Source: Desulfobacterales bacterium (GTDB lineage: Bacteria > Desulfobacterota > Desulfobacteria > Desulfobacterales > UBA2174). From it: DNA of 64,000 nucleotides. Shown in pieces: positions 30,980 to 40,341 of the stretch; within the stretch, counting starts at the first letter, position 1; every line of letters begins with the position of its first letter. The notes under the pieces are model-generated. The model had not been told where the DNA came from and searched no databases. It was given only the letters and a program-made list of their open reading frames with translations. Location of the stretch: the NCBI GenBank assembly GCA_963668645.2, contig CAXXWC010000003.1:352001-416000 (forward strand). The letters are read 5' to 3'. Made by a program: the position numbers and the translations under genes.

Positions 30980-31807
30980 ATGGAAAATCGATTGCTGCAC
31001 ATTTTCCGCAACACCCCCCTAGGCCGTGAAAGTCTTTTGCAGTCCATCTATTTTTGCAGCCGCATCGGCGCCCTGATGACCGTATACATCCCGGTGTCGA
31101 CCAAATTTCTGATGTACTTCGAAAACGATGTGGTGCAGGTCGACCTCGACAGCTCATACCTTACCGATCCCGAGACCGCCGAGGCCCACGCCCGGCAGCT
31201 CATCGAAGAGGCCGGCGTGCACGCCGCCTTCTACGCGCCCAAGTACTTCACGGCCTCGACCCTGCCGGACATTCCCACCGACTTTGATTTCATGTGCTGT
31301 CCGCGGACCATCAGCGACCTGTCGAGCAAGATCGGTCTGGGCTACATCGGCCCCCGCGTGCGCCGCATCGTAGGTGCGGCCCGCTACCCGGTGCTTGTCT
31401 CCAATGCGGCCTACAAACCCTGGCAGAGCGTGATCGTTTTTTTCGGTGGATCGATTAACGCGGTCAAGGCGCTTCGCCTGGGAATGACCATCGCCCGCCA
31501 GAGCGGTTTGCCCCTGGATTTATTCACTCAGGCGGAGGGACGTACGCAAGCCGACTACCGGCAGGGGATAGAGGACGCCGAGCTGGGGCAAGCCTTGGAT
31601 GAGAACGTTCGGCAGTGGCATTTCTTCGAATCGGGACGCATGGAAGAAAACCTCTACAGTGTCCCCCACGACGCCCTGGCCGTAGTGGGAGCCTTCGGCC
31701 ACGGACTGATCCGGGACCTTCTCTTCGGCAGTAAAATGGAAGTGATACAATCGATTCTGCCCAACAACCTGCTCATCGTCGGGCCCAAATACAGCGCCCG
31801 GCTTTAG
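30980..31807 (+). CDS. Universal stress protein-like (tandem USP fold)
   Basis: RRIV..ARYPVLV, VFFGGS.NA.KAL, VGAFGHGLIRDLLFGS..E..Q..LP.NLL. Confidence 0.7.
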   Translation: MENRLLHIFRNTPLGRESLLQSIYFCSRIGALMTVYIPVSTKFLMYFENDVVQVDLDSSYLTDPETAEAHARQLIEEAGVHAAFYAPKYFTASTLPDIPTDFDFMCCPRTISDLSSKIGLGYIGPRVRRIVGAARYPVLVSNAAYKPWQSVIVFFGGSINAVKALRLGMTIARQSGLPLDLFTQAEGRTQADYRQGIEDAELGQALDENVRQWHFFESGRMEENLYSVPHDALAVVGAFGHGLIRDLLFGSKMEVIQSILPNNLLIVGPKYSARL

Positions 31808-31819
31808 CAGGGGCTGGGT

Positions 31820-32626
31820 CTAGATGCGGATTTGCTCCAGTACCGGGCGGCGCTTGAGCAGGGTCCGTGCGCAATGCAGAACAGCTGGGGTCAAATCGGT
31901 CACCTCGATCCGGCAGCGGTCCTCACAGACCGGCTGGTCCGGCATGGGCGCCAAATGCTGATCCAGAATCGCCGCGGCGCAGCTTATGGGGTCGACGAGC
32001 CGCACCTTGCTCCCGATCTTGCGCTGCATCAAAGGGGCTAGGGCGCCATAACGGTTGCCGGCCATGATCAGGGTATCCACCTGGCGCACCTTGAGCCGGT
32101 GAAGATGTTTCTTGACGATGGACCGGGCCTCCGGCCTGTGCTGCCAATCGGCGTCCAGCAGGGCTGACACCAGCGGCGCGGCCATGCCGTGGACGGCGGC
32201 CCCGGGGCGCAGGGCCAGAATGGCCTTGGGATAGGCTTCACTGGCAATGGTGGCGCGGCTGCCGATCACCCCTATCCGCCCGCTGGAAGAGGACTCTGCC
32301 GCAGCCGCGGCCGCCAACTCGAGGGGATTGATCAGCATGGTCTGGACCAGCGAAAGATCCGCGTGCCCGGCGGCCCGGGCTGCCATGCTCTGGCTGGCGA
32401 TCAGCACCGCTTCGGCGCCCCGCTCACACAGGTATGCCACACCTTGCCTGAGTCGGCGGTCGATCAATGCATCGCTGCGTTCGCCGATGGGACTATGGGC
32501 CGTATCGGCCAGATAGACGATGGATATCCACGGCCGGTTGGCGTTAAGCGCCGCCACGAGCGCCAACCCGCCCAGATCGGCGTCCAGGATCCCCAGGGTC
32601 GATACGCGCCGGTCCAACAATGTCAT
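31820..32626 (-). CDS. Glutamate racemase (MurI) family homolog lacking catalytic cysteines
   Basis: Aligns to MurI: GILDADLGGL, IVYLADTAHSPIG, GVIGSRATIAS..Y, VDTLI. ACNT is replaced by ASQS and GCTH by AGNR. Confidence 0.8.
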   Translation of the reverse strand: MTLLDRRVSTLGILDADLGGLALVAALNANRPWISIVYLADTAHSPIGERSDALIDRRLRQGVAYLCERGAEAVLIASQSMAARAAGHADLSLVQTMLINPLELAAAAAAESSSSGRIGVIGSRATIASEAYPKAILALRPGAAVHGMAAPLVSALLDADWQHRPEARSIVKKHLHRLKVRQVDTLIMAGNRYGALAPLMQRKIGSKVRLVDPISCAAAILDQHLAPMPDQPVCEDRCRIEVTDLTPAVLHCARTLLKRRPVLEQIRI

Positions 32627-32678
32627 TGTGCCTTCTGGCATATATTCGCCAATCGAATGCCGGCCACCGAGGTGCCCC

Positions 32679-32960
32679 ATGCCCGATCCGTCTTTTCCGC
32701 CGTCCATGAACCGGAAAATTTTTGAACTCGCCCTGCCCGTGGAAACCGTGTCCGCCTACCTGCTCTGCTGCGCCCTGGCCCAGGAGGGGCAACCGGTTGG
32801 CCGCCAAAACCTGCTGGCGGTCTGGAACGCCGCACCGGCCGCTCTGGACACGGCCCTGGCCGAGCTGCAGGCGCGCAACATCCTTGCACGCCTGGAAACC
32901 GGCACCGCCGGCGAGCCTGAATTTCGTCCCCAACCGGCCACGGCCTGGCGCGGCCCATGA
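32679..32960 (+). CDS. Small hypothetical protein, possibly winged helix
   Basis: GAGGT RBS; MNRKIFEL.L.VETVSAYLLCC..WN....LDTALAEL..RNIL. Confidence 0.6.
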   Translation: MPDPSFPPSMNRKIFELALPVETVSAYLLCCALAQEGQPVGRQNLLAVWNAAPAALDTALAELQARNILARLETGTAGEPEFRPQPATAWRGP

Positions 32961-32969
32961 GGCCTTTTT

Positions 32970-33374
32970 TCACTTGAATCCGGCTCCGCCTTCCAGTTCG
33001 GCCGCCACCCGCTGCAAAATGGCTTCATCCGGCAGATCGGTGCGCATCCCGGGGCAGGTCGTGGCCATGGCGCGCCAGTTGGCAACGTCCTTCAGCACTC
33101 CCGGGATATAAGGCCACAGGCGGCACATGCGCGGCTTGACCGGATGGATGGTGCACAGGTCCTGCCAGAAAACGCAATAACCATCCGCTCGCTGGGCCAG
33201 CAAGAGCCGGCCGCAGGAGGTCTGGCAGTATTGCTCGGTAAATTGTGCGGGGCTGCAGCCCAGATAAGCGGCGATGGCCTCGATGTCGGCCGCATCGAGG
33301 TAGGTCCCCCCGTACCCCCGGCAGCACTGGCCGCAACGCTGGCAGGTAAAAATATCCTGACCGTCACAGGGCAT
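32970..33374 (-). CDS. YkgJ family Fe-S/Zn cysteine-cluster protein
   Basis: FTCQRCGQCCRG, GYCVFW..LCTIHPVKP.MCRLWPY, TCPG; overlaps the recR stop. Confidence 0.85.
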   Translation of the reverse strand: MPCDGQDIFTCQRCGQCCRGYGGTYLDAADIEAIAAYLGCSPAQFTEQYCQTSCGRLLLAQRADGYCVFWQDLCTIHPVKPRMCRLWPYIPGVLKDVANWRAMATTCPGMRTDLPDEAILQRVAAELEGGAGFK

Positions 33375-33963
33375 GGCGGCCATCCAGGGACCGTTTGAGA
33401 GTGGCCTGGTCGATGAATTTGAGGTCCCCACCGATGGGTACGCCGCAGGCGATGCGGCTGATGCGCACCTTGAACTCTCCGAGCACCTGGCGCAGGTAGG
33501 CGGCCGTGGCATCACCGGCCACACTCGGGCTGGTGGCCAGGATCACCTCTTCGATCCCGCCGGCCGACAACCGCTGGCACAACTGGCGGATGCGCAGATT
33601 ATCCGGCCCCACCCCGTCCATGGGGGCCAGGGTCCCTTGCAGCACGTGATAACGCCCGTGAAATGCGCCGCTCTTTTCGATGGCCACCATATCGGTCGCC
33701 TGTTCGACCACGCAAAGCTGGCCGTTGTCGCGGGCCGGGTCGGTGCACAGGCGGCACAACTCGTCGTCGCTCAGGCAGAAACATTGCCGGCAAACCTGGG
33801 TCTTCTCCTTGACCGCCAGCAGGGCCCGGGCCATCTGTTCCACCTGGGCGCGGGGGACCGACAGCAGATGCAGGGCGAGACGTTCGGCGGTTTTCTCACC
33901 GATCCCGGGCAGTTTGGCGATCTGGCGAATCAACTCGATCATGGTAGGCGGATAGTAGCTCAC
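33364..33963 (-). CDS. recR: Recombination mediator RecR
   Basis: LPGIGEKTAERLA, C..C...C..C zinc finger, CVVE, YHVL.G...P.DG.GP, G.PIGGDL.FID. Confidence 0.95.
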   Translation of the reverse strand: MSYYPPTMIELIRQIAKLPGIGEKTAERLALHLLSVPRAQVEQMARALLAVKEKTQVCRQCFCLSDDELCRLCTDPARDNGQLCVVEQATDMVAIEKSGAFHGRYHVLQGTLAPMDGVGPDNLRIRQLCQRLSAGGIEEVILATSPSVAGDATAAYLRQVLGEFKVRISRIACGVPIGGDLKFIDQATLKRSLDGRHAL

Positions 33964-33984
33964 CAGGTGGTTCTCCCCTCTACC

Positions 33985-34302
33985 TCAAAACCCCGGAATC
34001 TGAAGCCCGCCGGTGAGTTTACCCATTTCACCAGAGACCATCTCCTGGCTCTTTTTGAGCGCGTCGTTGACGGCCGCCAGGACCAGGTCCTGGAGCATTT
34101 CCACGTCCTGCGGGTCAACGACTTCCTTTTCGATGGCGATGGAAACGACCCGCTGGCTTCCGTCCGCCACGACCCGCACCATTCCGCCGCCGGCACTGGC
34201 TTCGACAGTCCGAGTGGCCAGTTCCTCTTGCATCTTCAACATCTTGGATTGAAGCTTCTGGGCCTGCTTGACCATCTGGCCCATGTTGCCCATACCTTTC
34301 AT
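33985..34302 (-). CDS. ybaB: YbaB/EbfC nucleoid-associated protein
   Basis: [28 protein letters not shown]; located between dnaX and recR. Confidence 0.94.
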   Translation of the reverse strand: MKGMGNMGQMVKQAQKLQSKMLKMQEELATRTVEASAGGGMVRVVADGSQRVVSIAIEKEVVDPQDVEMLQDLVLAAVNDALKKSQEMVSGEMGKLTGGLQIPGF

Positions 34303-35942
34303 GACGGCTCTCCTTCTTGTAAAGCGCGCACATCCACCACCTGACCGTCGAAAATCTCGACGGCCTCTGCAACGAGGGGATGGCTGAGGGCTTCCTGTTT
34401 GACAAGGTTACGATTCTGGCCCCGGCGGCTCTTGCCGGAAGGTCCGCTGGCGGCCGCATGAACAACCAGGCTCAGCTCCCGCCCCAGTTCGTCCCGGCAA
34501 AGCGCTTCGATGGCCTGCCGCTCACGCTGAATCAACTCGGTCTGGAATCCGTTCCCCTGAACCTCGAGGGTAATGCGTTTTTGATCTATCCCCGTTACCC
34601 GGCAGTGGGGCAAAACGCCGCTCAACTTGGGGTGGTGCTGGCCGATGGCCTCCAGCAAACGCTGTTCCATCGACGCCTTTGCAGGAGTGGGTGAAACTTC
34701 GCGCTGCGCGTCTCCACCCGCAACATCTTCAGCGGCGGCAATCGATTCGACTCGCGCGGATTGAGCCGGTGCGAATACCGCCGGGGCTGAATCGCCCGCT
34801 ACGGGATGGCGCAAGGCATCCAGCTTGGCCACCAGGGCATCGATGGTCAACGGCGGCGGCACCTGGACCAAGCGCACCAGCACAGTCTCAAGGGCCAGTC
34901 GCGGTTGGGGGGCCAGCCGCACGAAGGCCTCTTCGCGCAGCATCACATCCAGGGTTTGGCTCAACCTGGAGGCGGACAATCCGGAAACCTGGCGGCCGAT
35001 GGCGGAAATCTCCGCTTCCGGCAGGTCCACAAGCCCCTCGGCCGCGTCCACCGAACGGATCACGAGCATATGGCGAAACTGCTCGCAAAGATCCTGGTAG
35101 AGTTTTTTCAGATCCAACCCATGGCTATAGGCATTGTCCACCGCATCCAGGACGGCGGGCAGATCGCGATCCAACAAGGCGCCGGCCAGATGCATCAACC
35201 GCTGGCGGTCGAGGGTGCCCAGGGCATCCTGGACCAGTTCCGTATCCACCTCGCCTTGGGAGGCAGCCAGAATCTGGTCAAGAAGGCTCAAAGCATCACG
35301 CAGGCACCCGTCGGCCTCACGGGCGATCATATCGAGGCTTTCGCCCGCCACCGGCCGCCCTTCCCGCTGGCATAACGCGGCCAGATGCTCGGCGATGGCC
35401 CGGGTCGGCACCCGTTTGAGATCATGGCGCTGGCAACGGGAAAGAATCGTCGCGGGGATCTTGTGCGGCTCGGTGGTGGCGAAAAAAAACAGCACGTGCG
35501 GCGGCGGTTCTTCCAGCGTCTTGAGCAGCGCATTGAAGGCCGCCACGCTCAGCATGTGCACTTCATCGATGATGTAAATCTTGTAAGGGCTGTGGGCCGG
35601 CATGTACTTGAGGTTTTCGCGCAGTTCGCGCACCTGTTCGACGCCGGTGTTCGAAGCCCCGTCGATCTCGAAAACGTCGGCAGCATTGCCGGTGGTGATC
35701 TCCCGGCAACTGCGGCATTGGTTGCACGGTTCGGCCGTCGGCCCCTGAGCGCAGTTCATTGCCTTGGCCAGGATTCTTGCGATGGTGGTCTTGCCGGTGC
35801 CGCGCGGGCCGACAAACAAAATGGCATGTGCCAGGCGGCCCGCCTGGATGGCGTTGCCGAGGGTGCGGGTCACATGATCCTGGCAAATGACGTCGGCAAA
35901 ACGTTGCGGTCGGTATTTGCGAGCCAGGACAAGGTATCCCAT
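34299..35942 (-). CDS. dnaX: DNA polymerase III subunit gamma/tau
   Basis: [51 protein letters not shown]. Confidence 0.96.
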   Translation of the reverse strand: MGYLVLARKYRPQRFADVICQDHVTRTLGNAIQAGRLAHAILFVGPRGTGKTTIARILAKAMNCAQGPTAEPCNQCRSCREITTGNAADVFEIDGASNTGVEQVRELRENLKYMPAHSPYKIYIIDEVHMLSVAAFNALLKTLEEPPPHVLFFFATTEPHKIPATILSRCQRHDLKRVPTRAIAEHLAALCQREGRPVAGESLDMIAREADGCLRDALSLLDQILAASQGEVDTELVQDALGTLDRQRLMHLAGALLDRDLPAVLDAVDNAYSHGLDLKKLYQDLCEQFRHMLVIRSVDAAEGLVDLPEAEISAIGRQVSGLSASRLSQTLDVMLREEAFVRLAPQPRLALETVLVRLVQVPPPLTIDALVAKLDALRHPVAGDSAPAVFAPAQSARVESIAAAEDVAGGDAQREVSPTPAKASMEQRLLEAIGQHHPKLSGVLPHCRVTGIDQKRITLEVQGNGFQTELIQRERQAIEALCRDELGRELSLVVHAAASGPSGKSRRGQNRNLVKQEALSHPLVAEAVEIFDGQVVDVRALQEGEPS

Positions 35943-36097
35943 AGCGCTCACTCGTTTGAAATCCGATGAAATTCGGTGCAATGACCTGGGACGGGAGGGG
36001 CGCGGTGGGCTGTCGATCCGCCGCGAAAAACCTGCCGCCGCCAAGCCATCCATGGCATGGGGTGGCAATCCGGGGCAATGAATTTTCTAAGCGGGTC

Positions 36098-36191
36098 TGG
36101 CGGAGAGAGAGGGATTCGAACCCTCGGTGCCGCTTTTAACAGCACACACGATTTCCAGTCGTGCACCTTCAGCCAGCTCGGTCATCTCTCC
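36098..36191 (-). tRNA. tRNA-Ser (anticodon GGA)
   Basis: GGAGAGA/TCTCTCC acceptor stem, CACGA-CT-GGA-AA-TCGTG anticodon arm, long variable arm, GGTTCGAATCC T-loop, G discriminator, encoded CCA. Confidence 0.96.
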
Positions 36192-36242
36192 GCATGGTAC
36201 GAGGCCGACACTACCGTTACCCGTGTTCAAAACTGCGGCGAG

Positions 36243-36271
36243 ACAATAGCCGCGGCAAAAACTTTTGTCAA
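36243..36271 (-). promoter_or_regulatory. sigma70-type promoter for tRNA-Ser
   Basis: TTGACA-17 nt-TATTGT on the minus strand. Confidence 0.65.
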
Positions 36272-36358
36272 CGCTTGGCCTCACGTTTATCGTCCCTGCC
36301 TGGCAAGCAGCACCGAAAACGGTTCCGGCGCTTGTTTTGCCGGGCCCCGCCTTTCGAT

Positions 36359-36658
36359 TCACCTGTCTTGACCGCCGTCACTGAGGCCGGCCAGGGCCCG
36401 GTCGAGGCACTCGGTGATCTGGCGGCTCAAGGTCAGGATCTCCTCAAGACAAGCCGAGACCTCCGGATAGCCGTTGGCGGCGCTGGTTTCAGCCCATTGG
36501 CGATATCCATCCAGGTGATCCTCATTGTGATGGCGCCAGTGCTCCAGGCGTCGCGTCAGCTTTTGCGCGAAATCGAGCTTTCCCCCGTCCCGCTCTTCGT
36601 GGGAATGGTGGTGATGATGATCGTGGTCCGGGTGGGAATGGGAATGATGATCGTGCAT
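36359..36658 (-). CDS. Small His-rich helical protein (putative metal-binding)
   Basis: MHDHHSHSHPDHDHHHHHSH, then KL...LEHW..HNEDH...Y..WA. AGGAG RBS. Confidence 0.75.
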   Translation of the reverse strand: MHDHHSHSHPDHDHHHHHSHEERDGGKLDFAQKLTRRLEHWRHHNEDHLDGYRQWAETSAANGYPEVSACLEEILTLSRQITECLDRALAGLSDGGQDR

Positions 36659-36751
36659 GTTTCACTCCTGATGGCAGAAATTTCCCCGCCAAGGAACCCG
36701 GCAGGTATTCTTCCAGTTTAGGTTGAACGACTCTTCGCCCCCCTGTCCTGT

Positions 36752-37483
36752 TCAACCGCCGGGGGCCGGGACCAGCATTGCAGCGGCCTCCTGAGTATAT
36801 TTTCCGGAAGCCTGATAAATATAAAGAGGGGGGGCCACATCCAGCGCCGGACCGGCCCCTTTAATGGCCTGCACCAACATCAGCCGGGCGCCGCCGCCCG
36901 GGCGGGAATGCACCAGGCGCAGACGCTTGGGCTCCAACCCCGCCTTGCGCAGCGCTAAAAACAGATCGACACCGCGAGAGGCCGGGTAGACCGCCGCAAA
37001 CCGGCCGCCAGGGTCCAACAAACGGCAGGCGGCGGCGGCAAAATCGTTTAAGTTTCCCAAAATTTCATGCCTTGCGCAAGCCCGCTCGCCGTCCGGGTTG
37101 ATCCGCCCGCTGCCGGTGGAGCGATAGGGCGGGTTGGCCACCACCAAATCGCCCTTCCCGCAGCTACTGCGTTGGAGGCGGCGCACATCTTTTTCAAGGA
37201 TCGCAACCTGGGTCTCCAGGCGGTTAAGCGCTACGTTGTCCCTGGCCAAGGCCGCCAAACCGGCTTGAATCTCGACCCCCACCACCTGGCAGGAAGGCTC
37301 CCGGTGGGCGAGCAAAAATGCGACAATCCCGCAGCCACACCCCAAATCCACGATCCGCGTATCCGGCCCCGTTTCGACAAAAGCCGCCAGCAGTGCGGCA
37401 TCGATGGAAAAACGGTAACCGTCCCGGTGCTGGCGGACTACCAATCGGCCGCCGTAAAAACGGTCCTCGGTCAAGGCTCTCAT
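36752..37483 (-). CDS. tRNA1(Val) adenine(37)-N6 methyltransferase family
   Basis: Q...GYRFSIDA.LLA, DLGCGCG, GVEIQ, ANPPY, ARHE, EPKRLR.VH. Confidence 0.85.
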   Translation of the reverse strand: MRALTEDRFYGGRLVVRQHRDGYRFSIDAALLAAFVETGPDTRIVDLGCGCGIVAFLLAHREPSCQVVGVEIQAGLAALARDNVALNRLETQVAILEKDVRRLQRSSCGKGDLVVANPPYRSTGSGRINPDGERACARHEILGNLNDFAAAACRLLDPGGRFAAVYPASRGVDLFLALRKAGLEPKRLRLVHSRPGGGARLMLVQAIKGAGPALDVAPPLYIYQASGKYTQEAAAMLVPAPGG

Positions 37484-37797
37484 AACGGACCGATCTTGAA
37501 TCGAATCTCCGAGATCTGAACCTCCGGCAGGCAATGGTTGATCCGGGCGATCAGGTCGGCCCGCAGAAAATCGAGTTCCTGCATCCAGACGCTGCTGGCC
37601 ACATGAACCAGGAGCAAAGATCCTTTGAGGCCAACGGGCCGGGAACTGGCGGCGATGGCCGGTCCGACAAGGGCCTTCCACTGGTCGCAGAGCCTCTCCA
37701 TCGGAGCGGCCCGGTTTTGACGCAGATCGACGATCAAATCGCCGAGCAGATCGGCCACATGAACCGGCATGGACATCGGGGAACGGGGCGGCGCCAT
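37480..37797 (-). CDS. DUF721/DciA family protein
   Basis: W..LVGP.IA..SRP....G..L.V.V.SS.WMQEL.F....LI..IN. Confidence 0.8.
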   Translation of the reverse strand: MAPPRSPMSMPVHVADLLGDLIVDLRQNRAAPMERLCDQWKALVGPAIAASSRPVGLKGSLLLVHVASSVWMQELDFLRADLIARINHCLPEVQISEIRFKIGPL

Positions 37798-37924
37798 GAA
37801 TCGAAGCACTATCGACCGTCGTAGCGCCTGTCAACCATTATTCAACGGCAAGGTATCGGGCGGTTGCCCCTCTGGTCATTTCAAAAAAAACCCTTATCAT
37901 AATTAAACGTGAAATCCCTTTGGA

Positions 37925-37954
37925 CTTGACTTAAGGTCCACGCTCACATAATTT
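37925..37954 (+). promoter_or_regulatory. Promoter of hflKC (sigma70 or RpoH-like)
   Basis: CTTGAC-N14-CACATAATTT. Confidence 0.4.
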
Positions 37955-38024
37955 CAGATCCAATATCAATAACTTCTGGATCCATAAAACCGGATCCAAG
38001 CAAGGGGAAGGGTTGACACGCCAA

Positions 38025-39068
38025 ATGAGTTGGGACTGGGAAAAACTCAAGGAACAACAGGAAAAACGCTCGGGCGGCCCCATGCCGCCCCAGATGGATG
38101 AGCTGTTTCAGCAATTCAAGAAATTCCGCCTCCCCGGTGGACCGCTGGTATTGCTTCTATTGGCGGCGATCGTACTCGGCTCCTCGATGTTTTATACGAT
38201 CGGGGTCGACGAAGTCGGGGTCGTGCAGCGGTTCGGCAAGTTCGTGCGAACGACTCAGCCCGGGTTGAACTTCAAGATGCCCATGGGCATTGAAAAGGTC
38301 ACCAAGGTCAAGGTCCGCCGGGTCTATGCCGAAGAGTTCGGTTTTGCCTCGGGCCAGGAGGAAGGCACCCCACGCTTCGGACCGCTTGAGGGGGATGCAT
38401 CGGTATCGATCATGCTCACCGGGGATTTGAACGTTGCCTTGGTGCCGTGGATCGTCCAATACCGGATCAACGAGCCATACAACTACCTGTTCAAGGTGCG
38501 CGACGTACGCCGTCTACTGCAGGACATGTCCGAAGCCACCATGCGTTTGGTGGTGGGCGACCGGAGCATCAATGAGGTGATCAGCAAACGCGAAGAAATC
38601 GCAGTGGAAGCGCGTCAGCTGCTTCAACGCGAGCTGGACAAAGCCGAATCGGGTCTGAACATCGTCACCATCGAGTTGAAGCGGACCAACGTCCCCGGTC
38701 CGGTCCAGCCCTCCTTCAACGAGGTCAACCAGGCCGGCCAGGAAAAGGAAAAACTGATCTACGAAGCCCGCGAGGATTACAACAAGGCCATCCCGGAAGC
38801 CCGCGGCGAGGCCGAGCGGGTCATCAGAGCGGCGGAAGGCTATGCCCTGGAAGTGGTCAACCGGGCCAAGGGCGACACGTCCCGTTTTCTGGCCGTCTAT
38901 GAGGAATACGTCAAGGCCAAGGATGTCACGCGGCGCCGCATCTATCTTGAAACGCTCAAGGACTTACTGCCCAAACTGGGCCAGAAGTACATCGTGGATG
39001 CCGATCAAAACAACCTGCTGCCGTTGCTCAATATCGGCGCCCAGCCCCAAAAGGATGTCGTCAAATGA
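38025..39068 (+). CDS. hflK: FtsH protease modulator HflK
   Basis: MSWDW N-terminus, TM, SPFH domain MLTGD.N..V.W.VQYRI, IPEARGEA, F...Y.EY.KA.DVTRRR.YLE. Confidence 0.93.
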   Translation: MSWDWEKLKEQQEKRSGGPMPPQMDELFQQFKKFRLPGGPLVLLLLAAIVLGSSMFYTIGVDEVGVVQRFGKFVRTTQPGLNFKMPMGIEKVTKVKVRRVYAEEFGFASGQEEGTPRFGPLEGDASVSIMLTGDLNVALVPWIVQYRINEPYNYLFKVRDVRRLLQDMSEATMRLVVGDRSINEVISKREEIAVEARQLLQRELDKAESGLNIVTIELKRTNVPGPVQPSFNEVNQAGQEKEKLIYEAREDYNKAIPEARGEAERVIRAAEGYALEVVNRAKGDTSRFLAVYEEYVKAKDVTRRRIYLETLKDLLPKLGQKYIVDADQNNLLPLLNIGAQPQKDVVK

Positions 39069-40003
39069 AACATCGCAGTCTCTTGATCGCCGCCGTCTTG
39101 ATAATAGGATTCGTTCTATTCAGCGCCGCTTACATCGTCGACGAAACCGAACAGGTGGTTGTCACCCAGTTCGGACGCGTGGTCGGTAAGCCCAAGGTCG
39201 AACCCGGGCTCTACTTTAAGGTCCCTGTCTTGCAGCAGGCAACCTACTTTCCCAAGAACTTGCTCCAATGGGACGGGGATCCGGGGCAGATTCCGACCCT
39301 GGACAAGACGTATATTTACGTGGACGCATTCGCCCGCTGGAAAATCGTAGACCCTATCAAGTTCTTCCAGACGGTCAACAATATCACTGGTGCCCAGGCG
39401 CGCCTGGACAACATCATCGACCCTGCGGTGCGCAACCTGATTACCGAAAACCGCCTCATCGAAACCGTACGGCTCACCAACCGCAAGCTGGACACCTTTG
39501 AAATCGGACGCGAAGAGGAAAAACAACCCCAGGCGGTCTTTATGATCACCACGGGCCGCGAGAAGATCGCCGAAGCCATCGTGGCGCAGGCCCAGCCCAA
39601 GCTGGAACAGTTCGGCATTGAGCTGGTAGACGTCAAACTCAAGCGGATCAACTACGTCGAGCAGGTACGTGAATCGGTCTATGCACGAATGACCGCCGAG
39701 CGCAAGCAGATCGCCGAAAAGTTCCGCAGTGAGGGCCAGGGCGAAGCGCGCAAAATATTGGGCGAGAAGGAACGTGACCTCAAGGCCATTACGTCCGAGG
39801 CATATCGGACGGCCCAGGAGATCAAGGGCAAGGCCGACGCCGAAGCCACCCGCCTCTACGCGGAAGCCTTCGGCCGTGATCCGGATTTTTACTCGTTCAG
39901 CAAAACCCTGGAAACATACTCGGAAGCCATGGACAAAAACAGCTCGCTGGTGCTTTCCACCGACACCGAGTTCTTCAAATACTTGAAGGATTACCGCAAG
40001 TAG
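39065..40003 (+). CDS. hflC: FtsH protease modulator HflC
   Basis: VVTQFG, PGL.FK.P, T.DK..I.VD.FARWKI.DP, RM.AER..IA..FRSEG, DP.FY.F..TLE.Y. Confidence 0.93.
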   Translation: MKHRSLLIAAVLIIGFVLFSAAYIVDETEQVVVTQFGRVVGKPKVEPGLYFKVPVLQQATYFPKNLLQWDGDPGQIPTLDKTYIYVDAFARWKIVDPIKFFQTVNNITGAQARLDNIIDPAVRNLITENRLIETVRLTNRKLDTFEIGREEEKQPQAVFMITTGREKIAEAIVAQAQPKLEQFGIELVDVKLKRINYVEQVRESVYARMTAERKQIAEKFRSEGQGEARKILGEKERDLKAITSEAYRTAQEIKGKADAEATRLYAEAFGRDPDFYSFSKTLETYSEAMDKNSSLVLSTDTEFFKYLKDYRK

Positions 40004-40074
40004 CAGGACTGCAGAAAAAGGCCGGTTTCCGCCCGCCGGAGGCCCCGGCGGGCGGTGTACGTCATCGCCCCGAC

Positions 40075-40116
40075 AAAAAGCACCGTCGCCGTCCGGATAG
40101 ACGCAACGGTGCTTTT
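40075..40116. terminator. Bidirectional terminator between hflC and bS22
   Basis: AAAAAGCACCGT...ACGGTGCTTTT; a second GC hairpin lies at 40029-40055. Confidence 0.65.
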
Positions 40117-40123
40117 CGCGGCA

Positions 40124-40222
40124 TTATTTGCCTTTGCGCCGCTGATGCCGTGTGCGAGCCAGCAGTTTGCGGTGCTTGTGTTTGCGCATCTTCTTTCTTC
40201 GTTTTTTGATAACGCTACCCAA
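40124..40222 (-). CDS. 30S ribosomal protein bS22 (AURKAIP1/COX24 family), not in the ORF track
   Basis: GGAGGTG RBS, TTG start, MGSVIKKRRKKMRKHKHRKLLARTRHQRRKGK*. Confidence 0.92.
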   Translation of the reverse strand: MGSVIKKRRKKMRKHKHRKLLARTRHQRRKGK

Positions 40223-40341
40223 CCGATCACCTCCCATGTCGTCAAATGCGCCGGAACGGATCCGGCTGTTTTTGCGTAACCGATGCCAATTAGCACTTTT
40301 TTATTTGGCCTGTCCACCCCTAATTTGATATCCATCGGTCC

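Noticed and set aside
35943..36097. SRP RNA (ffs), often found between tRNA-Ser and dnaX
   Set aside because: No CAGG-x-GGAA-x-AGCAG domain IV motif on either strand; only a weak hairpin followed by T5.
36098..36191. tRNA-Ser as an island integration site
   Set aside because: No integrase or duplicated tRNA 3' end seen; flanks are core genes.
40290..40316. CIRCE half-site TTAGCACT
   Set aside because: No GAGTGCTAA partner after 9 nt, and about 1.2 kb from groES.
39991..40335. ORF-track ORFs of 114 aa (-) and 74 aa (+)
   Set aside because: Overlap the much better supported bS22 gene and its terminator.
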